From an uncultured cyanobacterium (lineage in GTDB: Bacteria; Cyanobacteriota; Cyanobacteriia; PCC-6307; Cyanobiaceae), in contig CAVONQ010000002.1 of the NCBI GenBank assembly GCA_963697335.1, forward strand, positions 192,001 through 256,000: a DNA stretch of 64,000 nucleotides, in the 5' to 3' direction. Below the pieces are notes generated by a model. It ran no database searches, was not told where the DNA came from, and saw only the letters and a program-made list of their open reading frames with translations. The position numbers and the translations under genes are program-made. Shown here one piece after another: positions 47,297 through 57,694 of the stretch; the first letter of the stretch is position 1; each line of letters begins with the position of its first letter.

Positions 47297-47617
47297 TCAG
47301 GCCAGGCTGGCCAGGGGATCGGCGATGGCGCTGCTGGGGGCCTCGAACTGGCCCACCAGTACGAACTCCAGCCGCAGCTTCAGGAAGGTGATGAACTTCT
47401 CGTCGGTGGAGAGCACCGCTGCAGCCGGCCTGGGCACGGTGCTGGTGCTGGCGGCGAGCTCAGGGGCCTCCAGAAAGGCCGGCCGGCGCACCAGCCAGAA
47501 ATCGATCGCCTTGCCCTGTTCGCCGTAGTGGCGTACCCGCTCGCGCAGCACCTCCTCCAGGGGCTCTTCCACCGTGAGGAACGACTCGCTGGCGGCAACG
47601 AAGTGGTAAGTGCTCAT
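47297..47617 (-). CDS. ycf54: Ycf54, MgPME cyclase complex component
   Basis: [39 protein letters not shown]. Confidence 0.93.
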   Translation of the reverse strand: MSTYHFVAASESFLTVEEPLEEVLRERVRHYGEQGKAIDFWLVRRPAFLEAPELAASTSTVPRPAAAVLSTDEKFITFLKLRLEFVLVGQFEAPSSAIADPLASLA

Positions 47618-48363
47618 GGCTGCAGGCTGCCGAACAGGGGGTCGCGGCGCGGATTCTGAACCAGCGCCTTCATCTCGCGCACGGCCTGCGTCAGCCCCAC
47701 GGCCAGGGCCCTGGCCACGATGCTGTGGCCGATGTTCAGTTCCTCCATCGCCTCGATCCCCGCCACCGGCTCCACGTTCTGGTAGGTGAGGCCATGGCCG
47801 GCGTTCAGCCTCAAGCCCAGGCTGCGGGCGATGAAGCTGGCCTCGCAGAGCCGGGCCAGCTCCCGGGGTTGCTCACTCCAGGCGGCGTCGGCGTAGGCCC
47901 CGGTGTGCAGTTCCACCCAGCGGGCGCCGCAGGCCCGGCTGGCCTCCAGCTGCTGCGCCACGGGATCCACAAACAGGCTCACGCCGATGCCCTCCTGCTG
48001 CAGCCGGCCCACGAGATCCGTCAGCGCCGCGCCCTGGCCGGCCACGTCGAGGCCGCCCTCGGTGGTCACCTCCTGCCGCTTCTCGGGCACCAGGGTCACC
48101 ATGTCGGGGCGCAGGCGCAGCGCCACGGCGGCCATCTCGGCGGTGGCCGCCATCTCCAGATTGAGGCGGCTGCGCACGGTCTGGCGCAGCAGCTCCACGT
48201 CACGGTCCTGGATGTGGCGGCGGTCTTCGCGCAGGTGCACGGTGATGCCATCGGCCCCACCCAGCTCGGCCAGCAGGGCGTAGGTGACCGGGTCGGGCTC
48301 CACGGTGCGCCGGGCCTGGCGCACCGTGGCGATGTGGTCGATGTTGACGCCGAGGCTGGCCAT
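47614..48363 (-). CDS. pdxJ: pyridoxine 5'-phosphate synthase
   Basis: [35 protein letters not shown]. Confidence 0.97.
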   Translation of the reverse strand: MASLGVNIDHIATVRQARRTVEPDPVTYALLAELGGADGITVHLREDRRHIQDRDVELLRQTVRSRLNLEMAATAEMAAVALRLRPDMVTLVPEKRQEVTTEGGLDVAGQGAALTDLVGRLQQEGIGVSLFVDPVAQQLEASRACGARWVELHTGAYADAAWSEQPRELARLCEASFIARSLGLRLNAGHGLTYQNVEPVAGIEAMEELNIGHSIVARALAVGLTQAVREMKALVQNPRRDPLFGSLQP

Positions 48364-48491
48364 GGCAGCGGATAGGGGCCCTTTGGATCCTATGGAGCAG
48401 CCCTGGGGCGATCGCGCTGCCCCCGATGGGCCGCAGGCTCAACTGCCCGCCCGGGCGGCGACAAGCGGGAGTGGGTCCGTAGCTTGCCTGA

Positions 48492-49346
48492 ATGATCTCG
48501 ACCCGGGAGCGAGCAGCAACAATGGCCCGACCGGAGGCTGAATCCGAGGGCCCGGGCCGTCTCAGTCGCGCCGATGCCGGCTCTGCCCAGCTCCCCGCGC
48601 GCTCAAGGGAGCGCAGCGTCTGCCATGGCATCAGCCCCTGGCTGGCTCCTGTGGCGATGGTGGCCACCCAGGATCTGGCCCTGCCCCTCTGGTTCCGCTC
48701 CCTGGAGGTGCAGGGCCAGGAGTTCCTGCCCGCCAGCGGCCCGGTGTTGCTGGCCCCCACCCACAAGGCCCGCTGGGACGCCCTGCTGCTGCCCTACGCG
48801 GCGGGTCGCCGCGTCAGCGGCCGTGACTGTCGCTTCATGGTGACCATTGATGAGATGCGGGGGCTGCAGGGCTGGTTTCTGCGGCGGCTCGGCTGCTTTG
48901 CGGTGAACCAGCTGCGGCCTTCCCTGGCCAGCCTGCGCTATGCCGTGGAGCTGCTGGAGGCCGGCGAACAGCTGGTGGTGTTTCCGGAGGGGCGCATCCG
49001 ACGGGAGCCCGCCGTGCCCCGGCTGCAGCAGGGGTTGGCGCGCCTGGCTCTGCTGGCGGCCAGCAAAGGGGTGCAGGTTCCGGTGGTGCCCGTGGGCATT
49101 GCCTACAGCCACAGCCTGGCCCTCCCCTGTGCCAGCGGCGCGCTGCATCTCGGTGCGCCGATGCGCATTCAGGGCGAGGGCCGAGAGGCGGCGAAGGCCT
49201 TCACGGCCCAGCTCGCCGCTGCCATGACGCTGCTGGAGAGCCAGGCGGCCGAGAGCCTCGGCCTGCCATCGAGGCCGAGATCCTGTCCGGGGATGGCCCA
49301 GGACGGCGGCCCAGAGCCATCCGGTGCTCCAGACCAGTCCCCTTAG
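48492..49346 (+). CDS. plsC: 1-acyl-sn-glycerol-3-phosphate acyltransferase
   Basis: PTHKARWD (HxxxxD), FPEG; start uncertain. Confidence 0.85.
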   Translation: MISTRERAATMARPEAESEGPGRLSRADAGSAQLPARSRERSVCHGISPWLAPVAMVATQDLALPLWFRSLEVQGQEFLPASGPVLLAPTHKARWDALLLPYAAGRRVSGRDCRFMVTIDEMRGLQGWFLRRLGCFAVNQLRPSLASLRYAVELLEAGEQLVVFPEGRIRREPAVPRLQQGLARLALLAASKGVQVPVVPVGIAYSHSLALPCASGALHLGAPMRIQGEGREAAKAFTAQLAAAMTLLESQAAESLGLPSRPRSCPGMAQDGGPEPSGAPDQSP

Positions 49347-49358
49347 AGTTTCGCCACC

Positions 49359-49913
49359 ATGACATCCTCTGCCGTGCATAGGCTCCACCGCCGTCTGTGC
49401 GGAACTGCTCTGGCCCTGACGGCCGTGCTCGCGCCCCTCGCGGCGACTCCGGTCCTGGCCCAGCAGGAGCCTGAACGCACCCTCGCAGGGACCCAGAGCC
49501 CGATCAGCCTCAATGCCGTCAGGAAACTGCTGGCCCAGGGCGATGCTGCTGCCGCCAGCGGCAATCTCACCGAGGCGCGCCGCAACTTCGATCTCGCCCG
49601 CGACTACTGCCGCCGCCTGCTGGGCTTCTACCGCGATCTGAGCGGCTCGTTCCGGGGCCTCGACGCCCGCATCCCGCGCGAGATGGATCAGAAGGGGCGA
49701 GAGGCCCTGGAGCTGATGGCCCAGACCAACCTGCGGCTGGCGGCCCTGTTCCGCCGGCAGAACGAGCCGGAGGTGGCCGTGCCCCTGCTGGTGGAGGTGG
49801 TCAAGGTGATGACTCCCACCACCGAGGAAGGCCGCAAGGCCTACCAGATGCTGCTGGAGATCGGTTTTGCTACCACGCCCTACACGGCCGGCCAGGCGGC
49901 AGCGGCCAGCTGA
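49359..49913 (+). CDS. conserved exported helical protein
   Basis: signal peptide, [21 protein letters not shown]. Confidence 0.75.
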   Translation: MTSSAVHRLHRRLCGTALALTAVLAPLAATPVLAQQEPERTLAGTQSPISLNAVRKLLAQGDAAAASGNLTEARRNFDLARDYCRRLLGFYRDLSGSFRGLDARIPREMDQKGREALELMAQTNLRLAALFRRQNEPEVAVPLLVEVVKVMTPTTEEGRKAYQMLLEIGFATTPYTAGQAAAAS

Positions 49914-49956
49914 GCCGGACAACCCCCTAGATTCCCGCCGTTGCGACGACCGCCCC

Positions 49957-50190
49957 ATGGTGCAACCTGACGAGGTCAAGGCCGCCATCCAGCGCGCCAT
50001 GCCCGATGCCCAGATCGCGGTGGAGGATCTCACCGGCGGCGGTGACCATCTCCAGGTGACGGTGGTCTCCACGGCCTTCACCGGCCTCACCAGAATCCGC
50101 CAGCATCAACTGGTGTATGGCGCCCTGCGCCAGGAACTGGCCAGCGAGGCGATCCATGCCCTGGCCCTGCAAACCTCAATCCCTAGCTGA
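49957..50190 (+). CDS. bolA: BolA family protein
   Basis: [27 protein letters not shown]. Confidence 0.93.
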   Translation: MVQPDEVKAAIQRAMPDAQIAVEDLTGGGDHLQVTVVSTAFTGLTRIRQHQLVYGALRQELASEAIHALALQTSIPS

Positions 50191-50195
50191 ATTTC

Positions 50196-50519
50196 ATGGA
50201 CGCTTCTGTCAAGCAGCGCATTCAAACCCTGGTCACCAGCAGCCCGGTGGTGGTGTTCATGAAGGGCACCAAGCTGATGCCCCAGTGTGGCTTCTCCAAC
50301 AACGTGGTGCAGATCCTCAACGCCCTGGGCGTGCCCTTCGAGAGCTTCGATGTGCTCTCCGATGCTGAGATCCGCCAGGGCATCAAGGAGTTCTCCGAGT
50401 GGCCCACCATTCCCCAGGTGTATGTGAACGGGGAATTCATCGGCGGTTCAGACATCCTGATCGAGATGTACAACTCCGGGGAGCTCAAGGAGCAGCTGGC
50501 CGTGGCCCTCGCCAGCTGA
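50196..50519 (+). CDS. grxD: monothiol glutaredoxin Grx4
   Basis: FMKG..PQCGFS, WPTIPQVY, GGSDI. Confidence 0.96.
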   Translation: MDASVKQRIQTLVTSSPVVVFMKGTKLMPQCGFSNNVVQILNALGVPFESFDVLSDAEIRQGIKEFSEWPTIPQVYVNGEFIGGSDILIEMYNSGELKEQLAVALAS

Positions 50520-50557
50520 CCGTCCCAACGAACGGCCAGCGGCCCGCCGTGATCGGC

Positions 50558-50836
50558 TCAACGGCGGCCGGTTTCGTAGCCGCTCTCGTAGAGCGCCCTC
50601 AGGTCGCCGTCCGGGCCGATGAAGCTGGAGGGGTCGAGAATCCAGCGCTCCACCAGCTCCTCCAAGCGCCGCAGCGCCAGGGGATCGAGTACTGACGTGC
50701 GGCGCAGCGCGTGCAGGTAGCCATCGGCATAGAGCCGCAGGTCCCCTGGGCCGTGGTGCCGGTGCGAAAGCTCCTGGCAGGCGTCACACAGCGACTGGAA
50801 GTGGCGGATGGCGTCGGGGTGCTGAAGCGCGTTCAT
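50558..50836 (-). CDS. conserved cyanobacterial hypothetical protein
   Basis: ATG 50836, IRHFQSLCDAC..DLRLYADGYLHALR. Confidence 0.7.
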   Translation of the reverse strand: MNALQHPDAIRHFQSLCDACQELSHRHHGPGDLRLYADGYLHALRRTSVLDPLALRRLEELVERWILDPSSFIGPDGDLRALYESGYETGRR

Positions 50837-50938
50837 GGTGAGGGCTGACCCTGGTTGCCATTCTGGCCATGATCGTGGATGGGCGCGCAGCGGACCACCG
50901 AACCAGCCGGCTCGCCTGTTGACAGCAGTGGCTGATAC

Positions 50939-51787
50939 GTGTCGGGTCTCGACAGGGCAGTTAGGTTGGAGCGACTCAGGGTCTTGACCCCCACAGCGGT
51001 GCCCACCGAACCACCCCCTTTGCTGCAGCCTGCCTCCGATCTGGCCAAGCGTGTGCTGGTGGTTGATCCCCACGCCACCCTCCGCACCGTTCTGGCCCAG
51101 CGCCTGCGGCAGGACTCCCATCTGGCTGCCGCCGTCGCCACGGCAAAGGAGGCCCTGGAGGTGTGCCGCGACCAGTCGCCCGATCTGCTGATCAGTGCCG
51201 AACTGCTGGATGAGAGCAGTGCGCTACGCCTGGCCAGCCAGTTGCGCTGCCCGGTGATGGTGCTCACCGCCCGCTCCGGCTCCGAGCCCGTCGTCACCCT
51301 GCTCGATGCCGGCGCTGACGACGTGCTGCGCAAGCCGTTCGGGCTTGAGGAGCTCGCCGCCCGCTGCCGCACCCTGCTGCGGCGCAGTTCCACCGGCCTG
51401 CAGGAGCAGGTCTGCGTGGGTCCCCTGGAGGTGCACCTGCTGCTGCGCCAGGTCACCCTGCGCGACCAGCCCGTGGAGCTGAGTCCGCGCGAGTTTGCCC
51501 TTCTCTGTGCGCTGTTGATGCCGCCTGGGGTGGTGCGCAGCCGCCAGGAACTGCTGCGCATGGCCTGGCCCCCGTTCAGCGGCGGCCCCCGTTCCGTGGA
51601 TACCCAGGTGCTCACCCTGCGCCGCAAGCTGGAGCAGGCCGGCCTTGGAGAGGGCGGCGGCATCGACACCGTGCGTCAGCAGGGCTACCGCTTCAGCCTT
51701 GACACCCTGCCCGAGCATCCGGCGGCAGGGCCTGACCTGCTGCCGGTCGGTTCACCCCTGGCCAACCCGGTCAACTCCCTGGCTTGA
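50939..51787 (+). CDS. OmpR-family response regulator with atypical receiver domain
   Basis: LDAGADDVLRKPF, LSPREFALL, RSVDTQVLTLRRKL, TVRQQGYRF. Confidence 0.88.
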   Translation: MSGLDRAVRLERLRVLTPTAVPTEPPPLLQPASDLAKRVLVVDPHATLRTVLAQRLRQDSHLAAAVATAKEALEVCRDQSPDLLISAELLDESSALRLASQLRCPVMVLTARSGSEPVVTLLDAGADDVLRKPFGLEELAARCRTLLRRSSTGLQEQVCVGPLEVHLLLRQVTLRDQPVELSPREFALLCALLMPPGVVRSRQELLRMAWPPFSGGPRSVDTQVLTLRRKLEQAGLGEGGGIDTVRQQGYRFSLDTLPEHPAAGPDLLPVGSPLANPVNSLA

Positions 51788-52303
51788 CACCAGCGCCCAG
51801 ATCAGTTCGCCGGCCAGCATCACACCACTGAGTGCTGCCAGCAGTTGGTAGGTCCAGGGTGGGCTGATTCGACCGATGCCGGCGATGGTCAGGCCGCTGC
51901 TCGCTGCGAAGCGATTGAGGAAGTCTGGAAAGCGAGCCACGCGCTGGGGCAGCAGCCAGGCCGAGCCATCGCTGGAGCGCACGTAGTACACGCGGCCCCC
52001 CTGGCTGGTGGTGACCGGCGTGAGGGCGGTGATGCTGCTCCAGTTGAGGCTCCAGCCTCTGCGCAGCAGCCAGCTGCACCAGCGGGGATGGCCCACCCGG
52101 ATCCCCTCCCCATCGAGCTCCACCCGTTCGCTCGTGAGAGCCATGACCAGGACCAGGCCAGCTGCCAGAGCCAGAAGCAGCAGTGCGGTGGCAGCGCCAC
52201 CGGGGGCCAGGGCCGGCAAGGGCACCACCAGGGCCAGGTAGAGGGCCAGCAGGGTGAAGCGGATCAGCGGCGCCATCGGGTAGCGGTGCGTCGCTGGGGT
52301 CAT
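51752..52303 (-). CDS. hypothetical membrane protein
   Basis: two N-terminal TMs, TTSQGGRVYY, GRISPPWTY. Confidence 0.7.
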   Translation of the reverse strand: MTPATHRYPMAPLIRFTLLALYLALVVPLPALAPGGAATALLLLALAAGLVLVMALTSERVELDGEGIRVGHPRWCSWLLRRGWSLNWSSITALTPVTTSQGGRVYYVRSSDGSAWLLPQRVARFPDFLNRFAASSGLTIAGIGRISPPWTYQLLAALSGVMLAGELIWALVSSQGVDRVGQG

Positions 52304-52596
52304 CGGTCCTCAGGCGATCCGGGCAGAGGTTCCAACAGCGCTGACGGGCTGTAGGCGCCGCTGAACACCTCCTGTTCGCGCCCCTTCCAGAACGCGCCCA
52401 AACGCATCAGATCGGCGTGGGCCTCCTGGAGACGCTCGAGATACTCCTCCGGGGCCAGCTCCTGCTTCGTCTCCTTCAGCTTGGCGAGACGCAGCATCTG
52501 CAGCAGCCAGGGTTTGCTGAGGTCGCCCCGTTGCTCCAGGTAGCGGGCCAGCTGGGCGGCGCTTGGTTGCTCAGGCGGGGGCGAGCTGCTGGGCAT
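52300..52596 (-). CDS. conserved hypothetical protein
   Basis: YLEQRGDLSKPWLLQMLRL..LGAFWKGRE. Confidence 0.7.
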   Translation of the reverse strand: MPSSSPPPEQPSAAQLARYLEQRGDLSKPWLLQMLRLAKLKETKQELAPEEYLERLQEAHADLMRLGAFWKGREQEVFSGAYSPSALLEPLPGSPEDR

Positions 52597-52661
52597 CTCA
52601 GGGAGCGGCTGTGGCCACTCACGTTATGAAGACTGCCGGCGGCGACGTGGCTGCCGGGGGC

Positions 52662-54203
52662 TCAGGCCGGCAGCGCCCAGGGATTGAGGCCGAGGTCGGC
52701 ACCGATGCGGTGGGCGCAGGCGAAGCCGCTGAAGGCCACGGCGTTGAGGCCCTGGCCGGGGAAGCAGGAATCACCCACGCAGTAGAGCCCGTCCACGCCG
52801 GTGCGGTTGAAGGGCATCGGCAGCAGCCCCGGCAGCCGCAGGGCCGGCACGGGCCCGTAGCTGCCGCCGCTGCGGCCCAGAAAGCGCCGGTGGGTGCGGG
52901 GGGTGCCGATCTCCCGGTGCCGGATGGCGCCGCTGAGGCCGGGCAGGATTGACTCCAGCCGCTGGATCAGGCGGGCCGCATCGGCCTCTTTCTTGGCGGC
53001 GTAGGCGCCGGGGCTGAGCTGGCTCCAGGCCCCGACGGCGCTGGGGGTGAACGTGTGCAGGATGTGGCGGCCCTCAGGAGCCAGGGAGGGATCGAGCAGC
53101 GTCGGCATCGACACGAACACCACGCCCTGCTCGGCCTCCATCTCCTCCCAGGCCTCCAGCAGCAGGTGGTGGCAGTGGAAGCCCTCGGGCACCGCGGCCG
53201 CATCGATGCCCAGGTGCAGGGAGAGGAAGGAACTGGAGGGCTTGTAGCGGCGCCGCCAGGTGGCCTCGGCGGCGGGGGTGTCGGCCAGCTCCACCAAGGT
53301 GCTGCGGGGCGAATCCTCCCCCGCGAAGGTGTCCCAGCGGGTGGCATTGCTCACCACCCGGCGGCCGCGGATCTGGTCGCCATCGGCCAGCTCCACCCCC
53401 ACCGCATGGCCATTCTCGAGCAGCACCCGGGTGACGCGGGAGCGGTAGCGGATCGTGCCGCCGTGGCGCTCCAGGCCCGCCACCAGCTTCTCGGCGATGG
53501 TGCCGACGCCGCCGCGGGGGTAGTTGATGCCGCCGGCGTGGCGGTCGGAGAACACCATGCCGGCGTTGATCATCGGCGTGAGATCCGCCGGCATCACCGA
53601 CCAGCAGAAGCACTCCATGTCGATGAACTTCAGCAGCGCCGGATCGCGGATGTGGCGCCGCGCCACTGCCCCGGCGTTCTCCGGCAGCCAGCGGGCCAGC
53701 CCCAGGCAGGCCAGGGGCGCCTTGAAGAACACCTTGGCCAGGTAGGCGGGATCCTCCAGCGACAGCAGCGGCATCGCATCGAGGCAGCGGAACACCTGCC
53801 AGCAGGTGTCGTAGAAGGCGCGGATGCCCTTGGCCTCGTGGGGGAACAGGGCGGTGAGATCGGCGATGAAGGTGTCGTAGTCACGGGCGACCGCCACCTC
53901 CAGGCCGCCGGGCAGGTGGTAGGCCAGCTGGGCTGGATCGGGCACCGTGTCGCAGTGCTCGCCCACATCAGCCAGGGCGCGGGTGAGCAGGTTGGTGTGG
54001 CCCTTCTCGCCGAAGCCGAAGATCATCGAGGCGCCCACATCGAAGGTGTAACCCTCGCGCCTGAAGCTGCCGCCGCTGCCGCCGGGGATCAGGTAGCGCT
54101 CCAGCACCAGCACCTTGGCGCCCTTGGCGGCCAGCTGGGTGGCGGTGACCAGCCCGCCGATGCCGGAGCCGATCACAATCGCATCCCACTCTGGCCGGTC
54201 CAC
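52662..54203 (-). CDS. crtH: carotenoid isomerase CrtH
   Basis: IGSGIGGLV, FDVGASMIFG, INYPRGG, VGDSCFPGQGLNAVAFSG. Confidence 0.95.
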   Translation of the reverse strand: MDRPEWDAIVIGSGIGGLVTATQLAAKGAKVLVLERYLIPGGSGGSFRREGYTFDVGASMIFGFGEKGHTNLLTRALADVGEHCDTVPDPAQLAYHLPGGLEVAVARDYDTFIADLTALFPHEAKGIRAFYDTCWQVFRCLDAMPLLSLEDPAYLAKVFFKAPLACLGLARWLPENAGAVARRHIRDPALLKFIDMECFCWSVMPADLTPMINAGMVFSDRHAGGINYPRGGVGTIAEKLVAGLERHGGTIRYRSRVTRVLLENGHAVGVELADGDQIRGRRVVSNATRWDTFAGEDSPRSTLVELADTPAAEATWRRRYKPSSSFLSLHLGIDAAAVPEGFHCHHLLLEAWEEMEAEQGVVFVSMPTLLDPSLAPEGRHILHTFTPSAVGAWSQLSPGAYAAKKEADAARLIQRLESILPGLSGAIRHREIGTPRTHRRFLGRSGGSYGPVPALRLPGLLPMPFNRTGVDGLYCVGDSCFPGQGLNAVAFSGFACAHRIGADLGLNPWALPA

Positions 54204-54441
54204 CGTGGTGTCGCTCGCAACAGGGCGCGACCCTAGGACCGAGCGCCGCTCAGTTGAGCCGCACCTCCAGGGTGGGGCTCACCGCATCGGGCTGCTGGGG
54301 CCCCATCGGCAGCAGCTTCAACTGGCCGCCTGTGGCACTGAGGGCCTGGCGCAGATCGAGGGTCCGCACCCGCTGATCGCCGAAGGTCTTCCAGTTGAAG
54401 GTGACGAGGTTGGAGACGCTGGTCGGTGGTGTAGTCGGGGG

Positions 54442-55854
54442 TCACCTCGGCTTGGCCGGTGGCAGGCCACCCCGACCGGACTGGGAGTGCCGGGGCGTCC
54501 CGGCTGTGCCGCAGAAGGGCTCCAGATCCGCCAGGGACCGATCGCGGTAGGCGCCGTAGCGGCGGCGCTTGTCGCGGATGCGCTGGGGCAAGTCCGGCAT
54601 CAGGGCGAAGTTGGGCGGCATCGGCTGGAACTTGCCGCTGGGCGCCGTGGCGATGAAGTGGAGCATCGCCCCAGCCATGGTGGTGGGCGGCAGCCGCAGA
54701 GGCTCCAGCCCCCGGGCCAGCCGGGCCGCATTGGTGCCGGCCAGCCAGCCACCGGCCACGGCCGCCGCGTAGCCCTCGGTGCCGGTGATCTGACCGGCGG
54801 CGAGCAGGGTGGGGCGCTGCCGGAACTGGAGGGTGCTCTCCAGCAGCTGGGGGGCCTCCAGGAAGGTGTTGCGGTGCATCACGCCGAAGCGCACGAAGCT
54901 CGCGTTCTCCAGCCCCGGGATCAGCTGGAACACCCGCTTCTGCTCACCCCATTTCAGGTTGGTCTGGAAGCCCACCAGGTTCCAGAGCCGGCCGTCGCGG
55001 TCCTCCTGGCGCAGCTGCACCACCGCATGGGCCCGCCGGGTGCGGCGCACCTCCCTGTCGTGCAGGTCGCCCCAGCGGGGATCCCAGAGCCCGATCGGCT
55101 TGAGCGGCCCGTAGCGCATCGTGTCTTCGCCGCGGCGGGCCAGCTCCTCGATCGGCAGGCAGCCCTCGAAGAAGGTGGCGCTCTGGGTCTCGAAGTCCTT
55201 GAGCTCGGCCTGCTCGGCCTCCAGCAGGGCCTGGCGGAAGACCCGATACTGCTCCTCGCTCATCGGGCAGTTGATGTAATCGGCGTCGCCCTTGTCGTAG
55301 CGCGAGCCGCGGAAGGCCACGGAGAGATCGAGGCCCTCGCCCTCCACGATCGGGCTGGCGGCATCGAAGAAGTGGCAGTCGGCCCGGCCGGTGAAGGCGC
55401 GCAGGTCGTCGGCCAGGGCATCGCTGGTGAGCGGGCCCGTGGCCAGCACGCCGATCTCGTCGGGCCCGGGGAGGCAGCGCTGCTCGCCCCGCTCCACCGT
55501 GATCAGGGGGTGGCGTTCCAGGGCGGCGGTGAGGGCGGCACTGAAGCGGCCCCGATCCACGGCCAGGGCACCGCCGGCGGGCACCGCGTGCCGATCGGCG
55601 GTGCCGATCACGGTGGATCCGAGCCGGCGCAGCTCCTCCTGGAGCAGGCCGGCGGCCCGGTCACTGGAGAGGGCCCCGAAGCTGTTGCTGCACACCAGCT
55701 CGGCGAACTCGGCGCTGTGGTGGGCTGGCGAGCGTCGCAGGGGACGCATCTCCACCAGTCGAACGGGCAGACCTGCGCTGGCGATCTGCCAGGCGGCTTC
55801 AGTGCCCGCCAATCCGGCCCCCACCACGGTGATCACAGGTTGCTCTGGGGGCAC
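54442..55854 (-). CDS. trmFO: FADH2-oxidizing tRNA (uracil-5-)-methyltransferase TrmFO (Gid)
   Basis: [44 protein letters not shown]. Confidence 0.96.
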   Translation of the reverse strand: MPPEQPVITVVGAGLAGTEAAWQIASAGLPVRLVEMRPLRRSPAHHSAEFAELVCSNSFGALSSDRAAGLLQEELRRLGSTVIGTADRHAVPAGGALAVDRGRFSAALTAALERHPLITVERGEQRCLPGPDEIGVLATGPLTSDALADDLRAFTGRADCHFFDAASPIVEGEGLDLSVAFRGSRYDKGDADYINCPMSEEQYRVFRQALLEAEQAELKDFETQSATFFEGCLPIEELARRGEDTMRYGPLKPIGLWDPRWGDLHDREVRRTRRAHAVVQLRQEDRDGRLWNLVGFQTNLKWGEQKRVFQLIPGLENASFVRFGVMHRNTFLEAPQLLESTLQFRQRPTLLAAGQITGTEGYAAAVAGGWLAGTNAARLARGLEPLRLPPTTMAGAMLHFIATAPSGKFQPMPPNFALMPDLPQRIRDKRRRYGAYRDRSLADLEPFCGTAGTPRHSQSGRGGLPPAKPR

Positions 55855-55882
55855 GGAGAAACCGGTTGCGTCTGCCGTGAAC

Positions 55883-56005
55883 TCAGGCGCGGGCGCGCCT
55901 GATCATCAGTTGCAGCTGACCCACGGCAGCGCGGCCGATGTGAAACACGGCCCAGCCGGCAGCGAGCAGGATCGGAGCGGCAACCAGCACCAGCCGAGCG
56001 TCCAT
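55883..56005 (-). CDS. psbY: photosystem II protein Y
   Basis: [32 protein letters not shown], 40 aa. Confidence 0.92.
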   Translation of the reverse strand: MDARLVLVAAPILLAAGWAVFHIGRAAVGQLQLMIRRARA

Positions 56006-56085
56006 GGAGGGCAGAGGGAAGTGTGGCGATCTTAAGGACAGGCCGCCACCGTGGTGTCTGCGGGCTGTCGCTCTGATTGGTTTTG

Positions 56086-56592
56086 TTAGGTGCCTCCACG
56101 CCCGGCATGGACCATGGCCAGCGCCCTGTAGCGATCGGCATGCTCCAGCTGCTCGGCCATCGCCTCCTCGCTGAGGGGGCGTTTCACCTGGGCCGGGGCC
56201 CCCATCACCAGGGTGCCCGGTGGCACGTCGCGGGTCACCACCGCCCCGGCGGCCACCAGGGCCCCCGCCCCCACCCGCACGCCGTTGAGCACCACGGCGC
56301 CGATGCCGATCAGGCAGCCGTCCTCCAGGGTGGCCCCATGCACCACGGCCCGGTGCCCCACGGTCACCCCTGCGCCGATCAGCACGGGCTGGCCAGGATC
56401 GCCGTGCAGCACGGCGCCGTCCTGCACATTGCTGCCGACACCGATGCGGATCTCGCAGAGATCGCCGCGGGCCACGGCGGTGGGCCACAGGCTGGCCCCC
56501 TCAGCCAGCTCCACCGCGCCGATCACCACGGCACTGGGGGCGACCCAGGCGTCGGGGTGGATGAGGGGGTCGGGCCAGGGGAAGGGAACCAT
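56086..56592 (-). CDS. gamma carbonic anhydrase family protein
   Basis: hexapeptide repeats, [24 protein letters not shown]. Confidence 0.9.
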   Translation of the reverse strand: MVPFPWPDPLIHPDAWVAPSAVVIGAVELAEGASLWPTAVARGDLCEIRIGVGSNVQDGAVLHGDPGQPVLIGAGVTVGHRAVVHGATLEDGCLIGIGAVVLNGVRVGAGALVAAGAVVTRDVPPGTLVMGAPAQVKRPLSEEAMAEQLEHADRYRALAMVHAGRGGT

Positions 56593-56699
56593 GGTCGAAA
56601 GCCTGGGTCGGCGCCATTTTCGGCCTCCAGAACGTGGCCCCTGCGTGGCTTGGAGGAGGTCGCCATGGGGTGATACGTTCCATGGGTGCCCACGGGCGC

Positions 56700-56771
56700 G
56701 GGTCGCTAGCTCAGCGGTAGAGCACTCGGCTTTTAACCGATTGGTCCTGAGTTCGAATCTCAGGCGACCCA
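56700..56771 (+). tRNA. tRNA-Lys (anticodon UUU)
   Basis: GGGTCGC/GCGACCC acceptor stem, GCTCAGCGGTAGAGC D arm, CTTTTAA anticodon loop, CTGAGTTCGAATCTCAG T arm. Confidence 0.97.
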
Positions 56772-56794
56772 TTCAGCTGTCACCTTGTTTCTTG

Positions 56795-56827
56795 GCTCAG
56801 ATCCCCTGTGAGTCAAAGGGTTTGAGC
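56795..56827 (+). terminator. stem-loop downstream of tRNA-Lys
   Basis: GCTCAGATCC pairs with GGGTTTGAGC using G-U pairs; no clear U-tract. Confidence 0.45.
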
Positions 56828-57361
56828 TAAACCAGTGGTCACGGAAGTTGAGGCAGGTTGCAGGCCGTAGGGGCCTGTTGATGGGATTGTCTGTCAGTAC
56901 TCACAAACGCTGACAGCCCGGCCCGGGCAGGGTGAAGGGGTCCAGTTCGGTCATCTGTCCACCCCGATGCGACCGCGCAGCGTCCTGGTCCAATCGCTCG
57001 AGCGGCTGTGTCTCGCGGGATGCCCCTACAGGTTCCGGGTGCGCAGCGAGAGCCTCCACCTCACTATTGATGAGACCCAGCGCGGGGGGAAGACCCAGAC
57101 GGCGAGGGGTTTCAGCGCTGACCACGACCACACCGGGGGGCACCCCATGGGGTGGTGCCCCACCAGGCGTTCCAGCTGCTCGGGAGTGAGGCGGCGTGCC
57201 TCCGCCGCCGGGGGAATCTGCTGCCGTGCCGCCCTGGGCAAGCTGGTGATTGTCGCCCTCGCCGGTGGCCTACTCGTGACCGGTCTGCAGGTGCATCCGC
57301 TGCGGCAGCAGATGGCCTTGAGACCCGCACCGTCCGGCACGCTGCCGGCGGAGCGCACCCT

Positions 57362-57520
57362 GTGACCGCCCCCTTCAACGGCTCCTCCGCACACCCGGCC
57401 GCAGCACAGGCGGCGGCCAGCCGCTTCCCGCCCCTTCGGCGCTTGGCGCTCACCTGCCTGCAGGTGAACCTGGGCTACCGCTGCAGCCATAGCGGCAGCC
57501 ACTGCCATGTGAATGCCGGG
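57362..57520 (+). pseudogene. arsS: 5' remnant of arsenosugar-biosynthesis radical SAM gene
   Basis: FPPLRRLALTCLQVNLGYRCSHSGSHCHVNAG resembles the ArsS N-terminus; CxxxCxxC has lost its middle Cys; truncated. Confidence 0.72.
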
Positions 57521-57522
57521 GG

Positions 57523-57684
57523 CACCTGCTCCGAGTCGTCGAGCAGCACCGACATGAAACGGGACAGATGTTTCCCAGGTGCGGCGACACCAACCGCATG
57601 CTGGCCGAAACCCGCTTCGCTCCCCATTTCGACTTCATCGGGGATTTCGGCCGCCGTTTCGGACCCATCCTGGGCTGCGGTTGA
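57523..57684 (+). pseudogene. arsM: 3' remnant of arsenite methyltransferase
   Basis: ETGQMFPRCGDTNRMLAETRFAPHFDFIGDFGRRFGPILGCG* aligns with the C-terminus of the ArsM at 63244-64000. Confidence 0.85.
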
Positions 57685-57694
57685 ACCCTGCCCT

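Noticed and set aside
56901..57365. Short ORFs right after tRNA-Lys
   Set aside because: No recognisable motifs; probably eroded sequence; cannot be assigned.
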